A model generated the notes under the pieces. It was not told the DNA's origin. It saw only the letters and a list, made by a program, of their open reading frames with translations, and ran no database searches. A program made the position numbers and the translations under genes. A DNA stretch of 32,000 bases from Clostridiales bacterium. GTDB lineage: Bacteria > Bacillota > Clostridia > Clostridiales > Clostridiaceae. The stretch covers positions 2,147 to 34,146 of the forward strand of contig JAGHEJ010000039.1 in the NCBI GenBank assembly GCA_017889345.1. Reading direction: 5' to 3'. Position 1 is the first letter of the stretch. The number at the start of each line of letters is the position of its first letter. Below, one piece after another: positions 1-10,030 of the stretch.

Positions 1-186
1 AATACTTCTGGTGTACTTATTGGTGAGGCTAGTGTAGAATGTGTTTTGCCAAATTCAAAAATAACTATTATTTATGGAAGTAATTTGAGATTATACAATG
101 GTTTTACTGAAGGAGTTGGTTTTGAACCAGATATTTGGATTAACTCATATGATTCCCTAGATAGAGTTTTAAAATTTATAGATTAA
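1..186 (+). CDS. 3' end of a CDS cut by the window edge; product unknown (the ...EGVGFEPDIWI... tail weakly resembles S41-type peptidases)
   Basis: Frame 1 is open from position 1 to TAA at 184-186. A hairpin terminator follows directly. The product guess rests on one short motif only. Confidence 0.35.
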   Translation, partial: NTSGVLIGEASVECVLPNSKITIIYGSNLRLYNGFTEGVGFEPDIWINSYDSLDRVLKFID

Positions 187-192
187 AAAAAT

Positions 193-226
193 AAGGACTT
201 AGATTAAATCTAAGTCTTTATTTATT
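193..226. terminator. Hairpin terminator between convergent genes
   Basis: A 12-bp stem, aaggacttagat (193-204) with atctaagtcttt (208-219), has one G:U pair on the plus-strand RNA and a 3-nt loop. It is followed by atttatt. It overlaps the stop of the minus-strand ORF at 218. Confidence 0.6.
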
Positions 227-1101
227 ACAACTCTCTAATTTCTTATTATACCTACCGACAATTTTAAATTTTTTACGTTTTATTATCCAATCTATAATTC
301 CAGATATAAAAGCAACTAAATATATAATGGAAAAATATTTTAGAGAATTCCAAAGAATAGTTTTAAAATCAGATTTCATTGGCTGCCTACTACCATGCAT
401 TTGCCCAGAATTTGAACCATTGTTCACTTTAGAAAATTCATCTCTATCCCTATGTTCTTCAAAATTATGTTTTTCAAATTCTTCATTATTAACATTCCCA
501 CCGTTTTGCAAAGCAAAATTTGAATTCTTTTCATTATGATTATATTGAATATTAAAAGGCATCGACAACCATCTTTTAAATGAAGTAGTCTCAATACTAT
601 AACAACCAAGTACAATCATTACAACTGTAATAAAAGCAAAAATAGAATCAAAAATCTTAGAACTTAAACGTGATGATTTTTTTAACACATCAATAATCAT
701 TATTCCATGAACTCCTAGATGAATACCCAATAAAACAATAACTAGAGCAGTACAAAAATAATGAACAACCTTCCAAATTCCCCCAACCGAAATATTAAAT
801 ACAATCTTACTTATAAAGATACCTGATATACAAATAAGTACAAAACAAATTAACAAAGCCAAATTAAGAAATCCACTAAACTTTAAATTTTTAGGCAATT
901 TTGAACTAAAAATTTTTTGCTAACATTAACAACCCAACGCCAATTTAAAACAATATGGATTAAAAACATTCCAAATATAACTAGACCTGCTATTTCATGA
1001 AAAACCAGACCAAAATTATTTTTCCTAATAAGTAATATAAATACAATAAGCATTACAAGATCAAGAAATAACTTTATTCCCAACATATTTCGCTTTTTCA
1101 T
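218..1101 (-). pseudogene. DUF4405-like (cytochrome-b-like, His-containing) membrane protein split into two overlapping ORFs (883-1101 and 218-898) by an apparent frameshift
   Basis: The 72-aa ORF has a good SD (ttGGAGGttaaaaATG) and looks like the N-terminal two helices (..FHEIAGLVIFGMFLIHIVLNWRW..). The 226-aa ORF starts only at a TTG with no SD and carries the next helices (..WKVVHYFCTALVIVLLGIHLGVH..). Removing one base from the A6 run (T6 at 903-908 on the plus strand) fuses them in frame: ..NVSKNFSSKLPKNLKFSGFLN... Confidence 0.45.
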
Positions 1102-1217
1102 TTTTAACCTCCAATAATTACAACTTTCTTATTTCTTCCTCCAATATACTGAATTTACTTTAAAAATAGTTTAAAATTATAAACAAGATGAAAAATCTAT
1201 TAAAAGGAGTAAATAAA

Positions 1218-1586
1218 ATGAATATTTCAACAATAACAGAAAACGAAATAAACATAGCAATTGTTTCAAGTGATGAAAATTTAATAACTGATGCTCAATC
1301 AGCACTTGATTTAATCATGAGTGTGGAATATGAAACAAATTCTAATAGAATCGTAATTAATAAAGATAATATTTGTGAAGAATTCTTTATTCTTAGTTCT
1401 GGAATAGCAGGAGAAATTTTACAAAAATTTGTAAATTATGGATTTAAAATTGCAATTTATGGAGATTATTCAAAATATACAAGCAAACCATTAAAAGATT
1501 TTATATATGAAAGCAATCTAGGTCAAAATATATTTTTTGTAAATACAAAGAATGAAGCAATAGAAAGATTAAAATCAATTTCTTAA
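1218..1586 (+). CDS. DUF4180 domain protein
   Basis: aaAGGAGtaaataaaATG at 1218 is a better start than the SD-less ATG at 1188. The stretch ..GIAGEILQKFVNYGFKIAIYGDYSKY..FIYESN.. matches my memory of the DUF4180 family. Confidence 0.6.
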   Translation: MNISTITENEINIAIVSSDENLITDAQSALDLIMSVEYETNSNRIVINKDNICEEFFILSSGIAGEILQKFVNYGFKIAIYGDYSKYTSKPLKDFIYESNLGQNIFFVNTKNEAIERLKSIS

Positions 1587-1597
1587 AAAATCAAAAA

Positions 1598-1631
1598 TTA
1601 AGCACCTATACCTTTCGATATAAGTGCTTAA
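1598..1631. terminator. Bidirectional rho-independent terminator (DUF4180 gene / spoIVA)
   Basis: The stem pairs ttaagcac (1598-1605) with gtgcttaa (1624-1631) and can be extended through tata/tata. T-runs follow on both strands. Confidence 0.75.
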
Positions 1632-1647
1632 TTTTAAAAATATAAGT

Positions 1648-3129
1648 TTATAGAATTATACAAATTAATCCGCCACTACCTTCATTAACAATTTTTTGTA
1701 ATGTTTTTTGGATTTTAGCTTGTACATCTTCTGGCATTTTATATAATTTATTTTGAAGTCCCTCTTTAACTAAAACTTCTAAACTCTTACCAAACATATT
1801 TGATTGCCACATACTTGATGGATCATTTTCAAATTGCTCAAGAAGTGATTTAACTAACTCTTCTGTCTCTCTCTCTGTTCCCATAATTGGAGAAATTTCT
1901 GTTTGAATATCTGCCTTTATTAAGTGAAGAGATGGAGCAGATGCTTTTAGTTTTACTCCGTAACGAGCACCTTGTCTTATTATTTCAGGCTCTTCAAATT
2001 TCATTTCAGAAAGTTGTGGAGCAACTAATCCATATCCAGTTTCTCTAACATCGTTTAATGCTCTTTCAACCTTATCATATTCAACTTTAGCTCTGTAAAG
2101 TTCTTTAATAAGTTCTAGTAAACGTCCCTCATCATTTATTTCTTCATTACAAATTTCACTTAAAACTTTAAAGAATATATTATTATGGATATTAAATTTC
2201 AATTTTGATTTTCCATTTCCAAGACTTGTTTCCATAACATCTATTCCACTTAAAAACTCGTCTCTTTCCGTAATATACTCAGCAATTTTTTCAATATCAC
2301 TTATTTTGTTTATATCTTGACTCATTTCTTTTATAAGAGTTATAAAATTTTGCTTTAACCAATGCTTAGAATCAAGACCATTTATCCAACTTGGTAAATC
2401 AATATGAAGTTCTTTTACTGGGAATTCTGTTAATACTTGTTTAAATAATTTCTCAATGCTATTCTCATCCATTTTTGCTATATCTATAGCAACAACTGGC
2501 ACATCATATTTTTCTTCAAGAGAAAGTCTTAACTCTTCAGTTTCTACAGTATTTGGATGTTTTGTATTTAATACTACAACAAATGGTTTGTTTATACTTT
2601 TTAGATCAAGTATAACTCTTTCCTCAGCTTCAACATAACTATCTCTATCAATTCCTGTGAATGATCCATCAGTAGTAACCACAACTCCAACAGTTGAATG
2701 ATCTGTTATTACTTTTCTTGTACCAATTTCAGCTGCTTCCTCAAATGGAATCTCCTCTTCAAACCAAGGTGTCTTTACCATTTTTGGAGAGTCTCCTTCT
2801 AAATGACCTAAAGCTTCATCGACTATGTATCCAACACAAACAACTAATCTAACTTTCAATTTTAAATTTTCATTGAAACTTATCTCTATTGCTTCGTTTG
2901 GAATAAATTTTGGCTCTGTTGTGTGAATGCTTTTTCCAGAACCACTTTGTGGTAATTCGTCTTTTGCCCTCTCCTTTTTAAATGTATTCTCAATTCGTGG
3001 AATTACCATCTTATCCATGAACGTTTTAACGAAAGTAGATTTTCCTGTTCTTACTGGACCAACAACTCCAATATAAATATCTCCTTGAGTTCTTTTTGCT
3101 ATATCTTCGTATATGTTTAAGTTTTCCAA
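1648..3129 (-). CDS. spoIVA: Stage IV sporulation protein A (spore-coat basement-layer ATPase)
   Basis: The N-terminus ..NIYEDIAKRTQGDIYIGVVGPVRTGKSTFVK.. with an intact Walker A aligns with B. subtilis SpoIVA over the full length. I chose the TTG at 3129 because GGAGG lies 8 nt upstream and the length matches B. subtilis MEKVDIFKDIAERTGGDIY. The GTG at 3144 in the ORF track overlaps that SD. Confidence 0.95.
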   Translation of the reverse strand: MENLNIYEDIAKRTQGDIYIGVVGPVRTGKSTFVKTFMDKMVIPRIENTFKKERAKDELPQSGSGKSIHTTEPKFIPNEAIEISFNENLKLKVRLVVCVGYIVDEALGHLEGDSPKMVKTPWFEEEIPFEEAAEIGTRKVITDHSTVGVVVTTDGSFTGIDRDSYVEAEERVILDLKSINKPFVVVLNTKHPNTVETEELRLSLEEKYDVPVVAIDIAKMDENSIEKLFKQVLTEFPVKELHIDLPSWINGLDSKHWLKQNFITLIKEMSQDINKISDIEKIAEYITERDEFLSGIDVMETSLGNGKSKLKFNIHNNIFFKVLSEICNEEINDEGRLLELIKELYRAKVEYDKVERALNDVRETGYGLVAPQLSEMKFEEPEIIRQGARYGVKLKASAPSLHLIKADIQTEISPIMGTERETEELVKSLLEQFENDPSSMWQSNMFGKSLEVLVKEGLQNKLYKMPEDVQAKIQKTLQKIVNEGSGGLICIIL

Positions 3130-3225
3130 TCTAAGTACCTCCACAATTTTAAACTTAATCTATTAAATATATATTTTCTTTTTTTCCGTTTATTCCAAAT
3201 TAATATTTTTTGAAATAAATTTTTG

Positions 3226-3262
3226 CAAAATAAAATTCCTATAGGAAAAATCCCATAGGAAT
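3226..3262 (-). terminator. Rho-independent terminator after der-gpsA
   Basis: The minus-strand RNA reads attcctatggga-ttttt-cctataggaat followed by tttatttt. Confidence 0.65.
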
Positions 3263-3273
3263 AATTATGAAAA

Positions 3274-4272
3274 TTATAATTTCAATATTTCATCTTTTTT
3301 ATCTCTTGACATGAGCTTACTCTCTATTAAATTTAAATCTCTATTATTGAATAATACTTCGTATAAAGATTCTATAATTGGCACTTCTATATTTTTTTCT
3401 TTAGAAATTTCATAGAATATTTTACAAGCATTAACTCCCTCAACAACCATTCCAATTTGCTCAATAGCCTCATCTAATTTCTTACCTTTTCCAATTAATA
3501 AACCACATTGTCTATTTCTACTATGATCACTTAGACAAGTTACTATTAAATCTCCAATTCCAGTAAGTCCAAAAAATGTTTCAACATTTGCTCCAAGAGA
3601 AACTCCTATTCTTACAATGTCATGGAGGGAACGAGTCATTATAGCTGCATTTGAATTATCTCCATAACCCATTCCAGTTATAACTCCTACTGCTAAAGCT
3701 ATAACATTTTTTATAGCTCCACCAACTTCAACACCAATTATATCTGGATTAGTATAAATTCTAAGAACATCATTTGATAGAGTATCGCGAATTAACTCAG
3801 CGTATTTCATATTTTTTGAAGTTGAAACTAATGCTGTTGGTTTTTTAGATGCAATTTCTTCAGCATGACTTGGACCTGATAAAATTACAATTGGATTATT
3901 AGGCAATTCCTCTTCCAAAACTTCTGACAATCTTTTATGAGTATCTTTTTCAAAACCCTTTGCCAAACAAATAATTATACTTTTCTCGCTAACCTTATTT
4001 TTAATTTTTGAAGCCATATCTCTTATTGCCTGTGACGGCAATGAGAAAAATATTATATCACTATCACTTACTGCTTCATTTAAATCATTTGTGGCAACAA
4101 TTCCTTCTGGTATATGTATGTGTTTAAGGTATTTTATATTTTTACTTCCATTATTAATACCCTCAACCACATCTAAATTTCTATCAAACATTTTTATTCC
4201 AAAATTATATTTTGAAAAAATCACAGCCAAAGCTGTCCCAAAACTTCCACTCCCTAAAAATGTCAAATTCAT
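3274..4272 (-). CDS. gpsA: NAD(P)H-dependent glycerol-3-phosphate dehydrogenase
   Basis: It has the N-terminal Rossmann motif [12 protein letters not shown] and GpsA-like sequence throughout. Its ATG overlaps the der stop (ATGA). The der-gpsA-spoIVA neighbourhood matches Bacillus. Confidence 0.93.
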   Translation of the reverse strand: MNLTFLGSGSFGTALAVIFSKYNFGIKMFDRNLDVVEGINNGSKNIKYLKHIHIPEGIVATNDLNEAVSDSDIIFFSLPSQAIRDMASKIKNKVSEKSIIICLAKGFEKDTHKRLSEVLEEELPNNPIVILSGPSHAEEIASKKPTALVSTSKNMKYAELIRDTLSNDVLRIYTNPDIIGVEVGGAIKNVIALAVGVITGMGYGDNSNAAIMTRSLHDIVRIGVSLGANVETFFGLTGIGDLIVTCLSDHSRNRQCGLLIGKGKKLDEAIEQIGMVVEGVNACKIFYEISKEKNIEVPIIESLYEVLFNNRDLNLIESKLMSRDKKDEILKL

Positions 4273-5591
4273 TCTTTATTTTTCCTTTCCTTATATTGTA
4301 TATCTATTCCTGTTCCCTCAAAATCAAAATTCTCTCTAATCTGATTATGTAGATATCTCGTATAAGAAAAATGCAGTGTAGATTCATCGTTTATAAAGAA
4401 TACAAATTTTGGAGGTTTAATATCAACTTGCGTACAATAATAAATTTTAAGTCTTTTTAGTCCAACAATTGGAGGCTCTTTTATCATTACAGCTCTTCCA
4501 ATAATATCATTTAAAACTCCTGTTTGTATTCTTCTTGAATAATTTTCATAACATTTCTTAGCTATCTTCAACACATTCTGAACTCTTTGTCCTGTTAAAG
4601 CTGATATAAATAAATATGGTGCGTATGTAACAAAACTAAGAGAATTTTGAATGTTTTTCTTGAATTCATTATACGTATTATTATCCTTCTCCACAACATC
4701 CCATTTATTTACTACGATCATGATAGCTTTATTTCTTTCGTGAGCATATCCAAGAATTTTTTCATCTTGCTCCGTAACTCCTTGAGTTGCATCTATAACC
4801 AAAATACAAACATCACATCTATCTATGCTGTATAAACTACGTATCGCACTATAATGTTCAACGTTCTCTTTTATTTTTGCTTTCTTTCTAAGACCAGCCG
4901 TATCTATTAAAATAAATTTGTCTTCACCGTCTTCAAAATATGTATCAATAGAATCTCTTGTTGTCCCTGCAACATCACTAACAATAGAACGAGTTTGTCC
5001 TAAGATTTTATTTATAAGAGAAGATTTTCCTGCATTTGGTTTTCCAACCACAGCAATCTTAATTGTATCATCTTCCTCTTGAGATTCATCAAATTCATCA
5101 AAATGTTTTACAACTTCATCGAGCATATCTCCAAGACCAAGAGCTTGAGTTGAAGAAATAGGAACTGGCTCTCCTAAACCGAATTCATAAAACTCATATA
5201 AATTCATTTCATCTTTCTTAGAATCAATTTTATTTACAGCAAGAACGATTGGCTTTTTACTTTTCCTAAGCATTCTAGCAACTTCTCTATCACCATCGAC
5301 CAAACCTGCTTTACCATCTAAAACAAAAATTATAACATCAGCGGTTTCAATTGCAAGCTCACTTTGAATACGCATATTTTTAAACATATCATCATTTGTC
5401 TTAAGCTCAATTCCACCTGTATCAATCATTGTAAATTTATATTTAAGCCACTCAGCATCTCTATAAATTCTATCTCTAGTAACTCCTGGTGAATCATCAA
5501 CTATCGAAACTCTATCTCCAACAATTCTATTAAACAATGTAGACTTACCTACATTGGGACGTCCAACTATTGCAACAATTGGTTTTTTCAT
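4269..5591 (-). CDS. der: Ribosome-associated GTPase Der/EngA (two G domains plus KH-like domain)
   Basis: Two P-loops are present, GRPNVGKST and GKPNAGKSS. The ATG at 5591 is preceded by GGAGGAG. The 28 upstream codons in the ORF track lie in the terminator/promoter region. Confidence 0.95.
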   Translation of the reverse strand: MKKPIVAIVGRPNVGKSTLFNRIVGDRVSIVDDSPGVTRDRIYRDAEWLKYKFTMIDTGGIELKTNDDMFKNMRIQSELAIETADVIIFVLDGKAGLVDGDREVARMLRKSKKPIVLAVNKIDSKKDEMNLYEFYEFGLGEPVPISSTQALGLGDMLDEVVKHFDEFDESQEEDDTIKIAVVGKPNAGKSSLINKILGQTRSIVSDVAGTTRDSIDTYFEDGEDKFILIDTAGLRKKAKIKENVEHYSAIRSLYSIDRCDVCILVIDATQGVTEQDEKILGYAHERNKAIMIVVNKWDVVEKDNNTYNEFKKNIQNSLSFVTYAPYLFISALTGQRVQNVLKIAKKCYENYSRRIQTGVLNDIIGRAVMIKEPPIVGLKRLKIYYCTQVDIKPPKFVFFINDESTLHFSYTRYLHNQIRENFDFEGTGIDIQYKERKNKE

Positions 5592-5650
5592 TACTGCTCC
5601 TCCGCTTAACTTTATAAATAAAATATAAAACAAGTATAACATATTTGAAA

Positions 5651-5684
5651 CAAAAAAATAAACCAGCGTATACACACTGGTTTG
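5651..5684 (-). terminator. Rho-independent terminator after pstSCAB-phoU
   Basis: The stem pairs aaaccag (5660-5666) with ctggttt (5677-5683). The minus-strand RNA continues with atttttttg. Confidence 0.7.
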
Positions 5685-5689
5685 TAAAA

Positions 5690-6346
5690 TTACTCACGCA
5701 ATCTTCTCTTAAAAAATTCTCCTGATTTTAAATACATTATGTTTTCACAAATATTGTTTATGTGATCTCCTGCTCTCTCAAAGAATTTGATCATAAATAA
5801 AGTTTGAACTCCAATTGCATTACTTATTTGTCCATTATTCATTTGATTCATTACATTTGTGAAAAGATCATAATATTTGCTGTCTATCGCTTCATCGCTT
5901 TCATATATTTCAATAGCTTTCTTCTTATCATTATTTATATAAGCTTCAACAACTTCTGTAATCATTTTTCTTATTACTCCTGAGAAATACTCAGCAATTT
6001 TATAATCTAAATGTTCATCTTCAGGAATATACATAGAAACTTTTGCAAGGTCAACTGCATAATCACCAATTCTCTCTAAATCTTGTATTACTTTAATTGA
6101 AGTAAATAGTCTTCTTAAATCACTTGCAAGAGGAGTTTGTGTTGCAATGAGTTTTAAACATTTATACTCAATTTCTTCTTTAAGTAAATCAATCTTATCG
6201 TCATCTTCAATTATAATTTTTGCAAGCTCAGTATCCTTGCTTTTTAATACGCTTTCAGCTTTTTCAAACTGACCAACAACAAGATTACCAAGTTCAACCA
6301 AAGCTTCATTCAATTCATTTAATACTTTTTCAAATTTTTCACGCAT
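5690..6346 (-). CDS. phoU: Phosphate signalling complex protein PhoU
   Basis: It has two PhoU repeats (..ERIGDYA.. and ..ERAGDHI..), an SD of AGGAGG, and lies directly after pstB. Confidence 0.93.
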   Translation of the reverse strand: MREKFEKVLNELNEALVELGNLVVGQFEKAESVLKSKDTELAKIIIEDDDKIDLLKEEIEYKCLKLIATQTPLASDLRRLFTSIKVIQDLERIGDYAVDLAKVSMYIPEDEHLDYKIAEYFSGVIRKMITEVVEAYINNDKKKAIEIYESDEAIDSKYYDLFTNVMNQMNNGQISNAIGVQTLFMIKFFERAGDHINNICENIMYLKSGEFFKRRLRE

Positions 6347-6367
6347 AACAAAACCTCCTTTTTTATT

Positions 6368-7120
6368 TTATCCAAATCTACCAGTAATATAATCTTCTGT
6401 CAACTTATTAGATGGATTTTGGAATATCTTTTCCGTTTTATCCATTTCTTTAAGTTCTCCATTTAAAAAGAATGCTGTATAATCAGAAATTCTTCCTGCT
6501 TGTTGCATGTTATGAGTTACGATAACTATCGTATATTTCTTTCTTAGCTTTGTTAAAAGTTCCTCAACCTTCATTGTTGAAATTGGATCAAGAGCTGATG
6601 TCGGCTCGTCCATTAATATAATTTTTGGTTGAGTAGCAAGACAACGAGCAATACAAAGTCTTTGTTGTTGTCCTCCTGATAAATTGTAAGCACTTTTCTT
6701 AAGATCATCTTTAACCTCATCCCAAAGAGCAACATCTCTAAGTGTAGTTTCAACAAGCTCATCTAAAACTTTTTTATCTCTTATTCCATAATTTCTTGGA
6801 GCGAAAACTATATTATCATAAATAGATTTTGGAAATGGATTTGGCTTTTGGAAAACTAATCCAACATCTTTTCTAAGTAAAACAACATCTTGCTCTTTTA
6901 TATCTTTTCCATCTAAAAGAATTTTTCCAGTATATCTTGCATAGTCAAACATTTCATTCATTCTGTTTAAATTTCTAAGAAATGTTGACTTACCACATCC
7001 AGATGGTCCTATTAAAGCTGTAACTTTATTTTCATAAATGTCCATGTTTATATCAAACAAAGTTTGTTTTTGTCCATAATAGAAATTTAAATTTTCAACC
7101 TTTATAATAGCCTTTTTCAT
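6368..7120 (-). CDS. pstB: Phosphate ABC transporter ATP-binding protein
   Basis: Walker [10 protein letters not shown], signature LSGGQQQR, Walker B ILMDEP, and a typical PstB tail ..[10 protein letters not shown]. Confidence 0.97.
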   Translation of the reverse strand: MKKAIIKVENLNFYYGQKQTLFDINMDIYENKVTALIGPSGCGKSTFLRNLNRMNEMFDYARYTGKILLDGKDIKEQDVVLLRKDVGLVFQKPNPFPKSIYDNIVFAPRNYGIRDKKVLDELVETTLRDVALWDEVKDDLKKSAYNLSGGQQQRLCIARCLATQPKIILMDEPTSALDPISTMKVEELLTKLRKKYTIVIVTHNMQQAGRISDYTAFFLNGELKEMDKTEKIFQNPSNKLTEDYITGRFG

Positions 7121-7143
7121 TGATTATTCCCTTCCATCACCTA

Positions 7144-8031
7144 TTAATCGTATTTTTTCTCAAATTTCTTCCTTATAATAATGGCTAAAATATTAAACAT
7201 AAAAACAATTATCAATAACACAATTATTCCTGAAGAAGCTAGTTCTTGAAACGCAACTTCTGGTCTTGATGTCCAGTTATAAATTTGTATTGGTAAAACT
7301 GTAAATCCATCTAAAATATTTTGAGGTAAAAACCTAACAAAAGTTGCAGCTCCAACTACAATAAGTGGAGAAGCTTCTCCAATTGCACGAGCTAAAGCAA
7401 GTATAATTCCCGTAGAAATATTTGATACTGCACAAGGAATGACAACTCCTTTAATTGCTTGCCATTTTGTTACCCCTAGAGCCAATGCTCCCTCATAAAA
7501 AGAGTATGGAACAGTTTTTATTGCTTCTTGTGAAGAAATGATTATTGGAGATAAAACTAATAATGATAAAGTTAATGCTCCTGAAAGAATACTTGATCCA
7601 AACATAAAGAATTTAACAAACACACCTAGCCCCAATATACCGTAAACAATCGCTGGAACTCCTGCTAAGTTTTGAATATTTAATTTTATAAACTCTGTTA
7701 ACTTTGTTGGTTTTGCATATAATTCAAGATAAATTGCTGTACCAATTCCAAGAGGAACAGAAATCAAAATAGTTAGAATTAAAATATACAAACTTCCAAC
7801 TATTGCTGGTAAAATTCCTGCCTTTGCAGGTCTACTTGAAGTATAGCTTGTTAAAAACTGCCAGTCCAAATTTTTAAGTCCTTTTGAGAATATTTGAATC
7901 AATAAAGCAACTAGAAAAATAATTCCAATAGATGTTGCTATTATTGTAATAATTTTCAAAGCCTTCTCTTTAACTTTTCTCTTTTTCAGATTGGTCTTCA
8001 TAATCTCTTCATTAAACAACTCTTTTTCCAT
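7144..8031 (-). CDS. pstA: Phosphate ABC transporter permease PstA
   Basis: It is a polytopic permease with the ..ARAIGEASPL.. EAA-loop motif and sits between pstC and pstB. Confidence 0.92.
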   Translation of the reverse strand: MEKELFNEEIMKTNLKKRKVKEKALKIITIIATSIGIIFLVALLIQIFSKGLKNLDWQFLTSYTSSRPAKAGILPAIVGSLYILILTILISVPLGIGTAIYLELYAKPTKLTEFIKLNIQNLAGVPAIVYGILGLGVFVKFFMFGSSILSGALTLSLLVLSPIIISSQEAIKTVPYSFYEGALALGVTKWQAIKGVVIPCAVSNISTGIILALARAIGEASPLIVVGAATFVRFLPQNILDGFTVLPIQIYNWTSRPEVAFQELASSGIIVLLIIVFMFNILAIIIRKKFEKKYD

Positions 8032-8051
8032 TTTTATACTACCCTTCTACC

Positions 8052-8918
8052 TTATAATTTATGTTTGCTTTTATTTATAATTTTTCTTGCAACAATGTTT
8101 AAGATTAATGTTAAAAAGAATAATATAGCTCCGCAGACAAAAATAGTTTTATACTCAATAGAATTGTAGGAAACATCTCCCATACTCACATTCGCCATGT
8201 AAGTTGTTAGAGTCTGAACGCTTTTCAATGGATTTACATTAAGCAATGGATTGCTTCCAGATGCTATTGCAACTACCATCGTTTCTCCAATAGCTCTCGA
8301 AATTGCCAAAATAAATGATGATATAATCCCTGATTTAGCTGCTGGAATTAAAACTTTTGCCGTAACCTCATACTTCGTGCTTCCAAGAGCATACGCCCCT
8401 CTCTTTATTGAACCTGGAACACTTCTTAAGGCATCTTCACTTAATGATGCAATCATTGGTATAATCATTATTCCAATTGCAATCCCAGCACTTAGGGCAT
8501 TATATATCTCCAAACTATGTATAAATGTTTTAAGTAACGGTGTAATAAATGTAAGAGCAAAGAAACCATAAACAACTGACGGAATAAATGCTAGTATTTC
8601 TAAAATTGGTTTTAAAAAGCTACGTACTTTTTTAGACGCATACTCACTTAAATAAACAGCTATTAATAATCCTAAAGGTATTGCGATAACACAAGATATT
8701 ACAGCTATCATTATTGTTCCAATTATTAAAGTCATTATGTTATAAGTTGGTTTGCTAAGTAATGGATTCCAAGAATCTCCTTTAAATAGATCAAAAAAAC
8801 TTACTTCTTTGAAAAAATCTTTAGCTTCAAATAATAATAGTACGACTATTGCTACAGTTATTAGTATGGATATCATTGCAAAAATCTTTAATACAAATTC
8901 GATTAGCTTTTCCTTCAC
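8052..8918 (-). CDS. pstC: Phosphate ABC transporter permease PstC
   Basis: It is a polytopic permease with the ..SRAIGETMVV.. motif. It has a GTG start after GGGAGGA and follows pstS. Confidence 0.92.
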   Translation of the reverse strand: MKEKLIEFVLKIFAMISILITVAIVVLLLFEAKDFFKEVSFFDLFKGDSWNPLLSKPTYNIMTLIIGTIMIAVISCVIAIPLGLLIAVYLSEYASKKVRSFLKPILEILAFIPSVVYGFFALTFITPLLKTFIHSLEIYNALSAGIAIGIMIIPMIASLSEDALRSVPGSIKRGAYALGSTKYEVTAKVLIPAAKSGIISSFILAISRAIGETMVVAIASGSNPLLNVNPLKSVQTLTTYMANVSMGDVSYNSIEYKTIFVCGAILFFLTLILNIVARKIINKSKHKL

Positions 8919-8943
8919 TTAATAAATCCTCCCAAATATTAAA

Positions 8944-8970
8944 CTGAAATTACAATTTTGTAATTATCAG
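8944..8970 (-). promoter_or_regulatory. Intercistronic stem-loop between pstS and pstC
   Basis: An imperfect inverted repeat pairs ctgaaattacaa (8944-8955) with ttgtaattatcag (8958-8970). No clean T-run follows, so it is more likely a processing or stability element than a full terminator. Confidence 0.4.
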
Positions 8971-8981
8971 TTATAAAAATT

Positions 8982-9884
8982 TTATTTAAGATCCTCTAAT
9001 TGAGAATTGTAATTTTCTTGAGTTAATGGTACAAGGTTTACTTCACTTGCAAGTGAAAAAACATTTGTTAGATAAAAAGTTAAAAATGCGTTTATCTCAG
9101 GTCTTGATAAATCATTTCTATCATAATAAATAAATAATGGTCTCGCTAATAAATAACTTTCATCATTTATGGTTTCTGGAGAAGGAGCAACCCCATCAAT
9201 CGAAACTAACTTTACTTTGTCTTTGTTAGCTTCATAATAACTATATCCAAAATATCCAATTGCATATTTATCTTCGCTTACACCTCTGATTAATATGTTG
9301 TCATCTTCACTTAAAATTGCATCTTCTCTTTGAGATTTAGCTTCATGGTTTACAACCTCTGTAAAAAATTCAAAAGTTCCTGATGCTGTACCTGGAGTAT
9401 AAACTTTTATCTTTTCTTTTGGGAATCCTTCTCTAACATCGCTCCAATATATTGCAGGATCTTCTTGTCTAAAAATATGGTTTAATTCCTCATGAGTTAA
9501 ATCAGTTGCAAAATCATTTTGTGGATTAACTACAACAGAAATTCCATCACTTGCAACAACTAATCTCCCAACATCTATTCCATTTGATGTAGCTTTTTCA
9601 AGTTCTTTATCTTTAATTTCTCTTGAAGCATTTACTATATCAATATCTCCATTAGAAAATTTTTGAAGTCCTCCACCTGATCCAGACTCACCAATAGAAA
9701 CTCTTACTCCTCGTTCTACATCTGAGAATTCTTCAGCAACAATTTCTGTTATTGGATATACAGTGGACGAACCGTCAATAACTATATTTCCTTTTAAACC
9801 TGATCCAGAATTACTTGAACCACAGGACACAAATGTGAAAAATAATAATCCTATGGAAAATAATCTAGCCAAACGTCTATTCAT
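8982..9884 (-). CDS. pstS: Phosphate-binding lipoprotein PstS
   Basis: The ATG at 9884 follows GGGGGA. There is a signal peptide with ..FTFVSC-GSS (lipobox-like Cys) and PstS-family sequence (..IDGSSTVYP.., ..GTASGTFEFF..). Confidence 0.92.
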   Translation of the reverse strand: MNRRLARLFSIGLLFFTFVSCGSSNSGSGLKGNIVIDGSSTVYPITEIVAEEFSDVERGVRVSIGESGSGGGLQKFSNGDIDIVNASREIKDKELEKATSNGIDVGRLVVASDGISVVVNPQNDFATDLTHEELNHIFRQEDPAIYWSDVREGFPKEKIKVYTPGTASGTFEFFTEVVNHEAKSQREDAILSEDDNILIRGVSEDKYAIGYFGYSYYEANKDKVKLVSIDGVAPSPETINDESYLLARPLFIYYDRNDLSRPEINAFLTFYLTNVFSLASEVNLVPLTQENYNSQLEDLK

Positions 9885-9989
9885 AAAATTTCCCCCTAAA
9901 ACACTTTTCAATCTAATTGTAAAATATGTTGGTTAAATTAATATTTTATAAATGTTAAATCTAGATTAAATATTCTAAATTCATTACTA

Positions 9990-10030
9990 AAAAAATAAGC
10001 AAGGTAATTTGTAATCAAATTATCTTGCTT
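9990..10030 (-). terminator. Rho-independent terminator after phoR
   Basis: The minus-strand RNA reads aagcaagataatttg-attac-aaattaccttgctt followed by attttttt. It starts at the phoR stop codon. Confidence 0.8.

Noticed and set aside
1108-1145. Direct repeat of ATTGGAGG (minus strand) 30 bp apart upstream of the DUF4405-like gene, a possible second SD or small ORF
   Set aside because: No start codon or ORF follows the distal copy; TTG TAA follows immediately. An 8-mer repeat is weak evidence.
5592-5675. 28-codon N-terminal extension of der in the ORF track ([28 protein letters not shown])
   Set aside because: The canonical Der N-terminus [17 protein letters not shown] starts at the ATG at 5591, directly after GGAGGAG. 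The extension covers the phoU terminator and promoter region.
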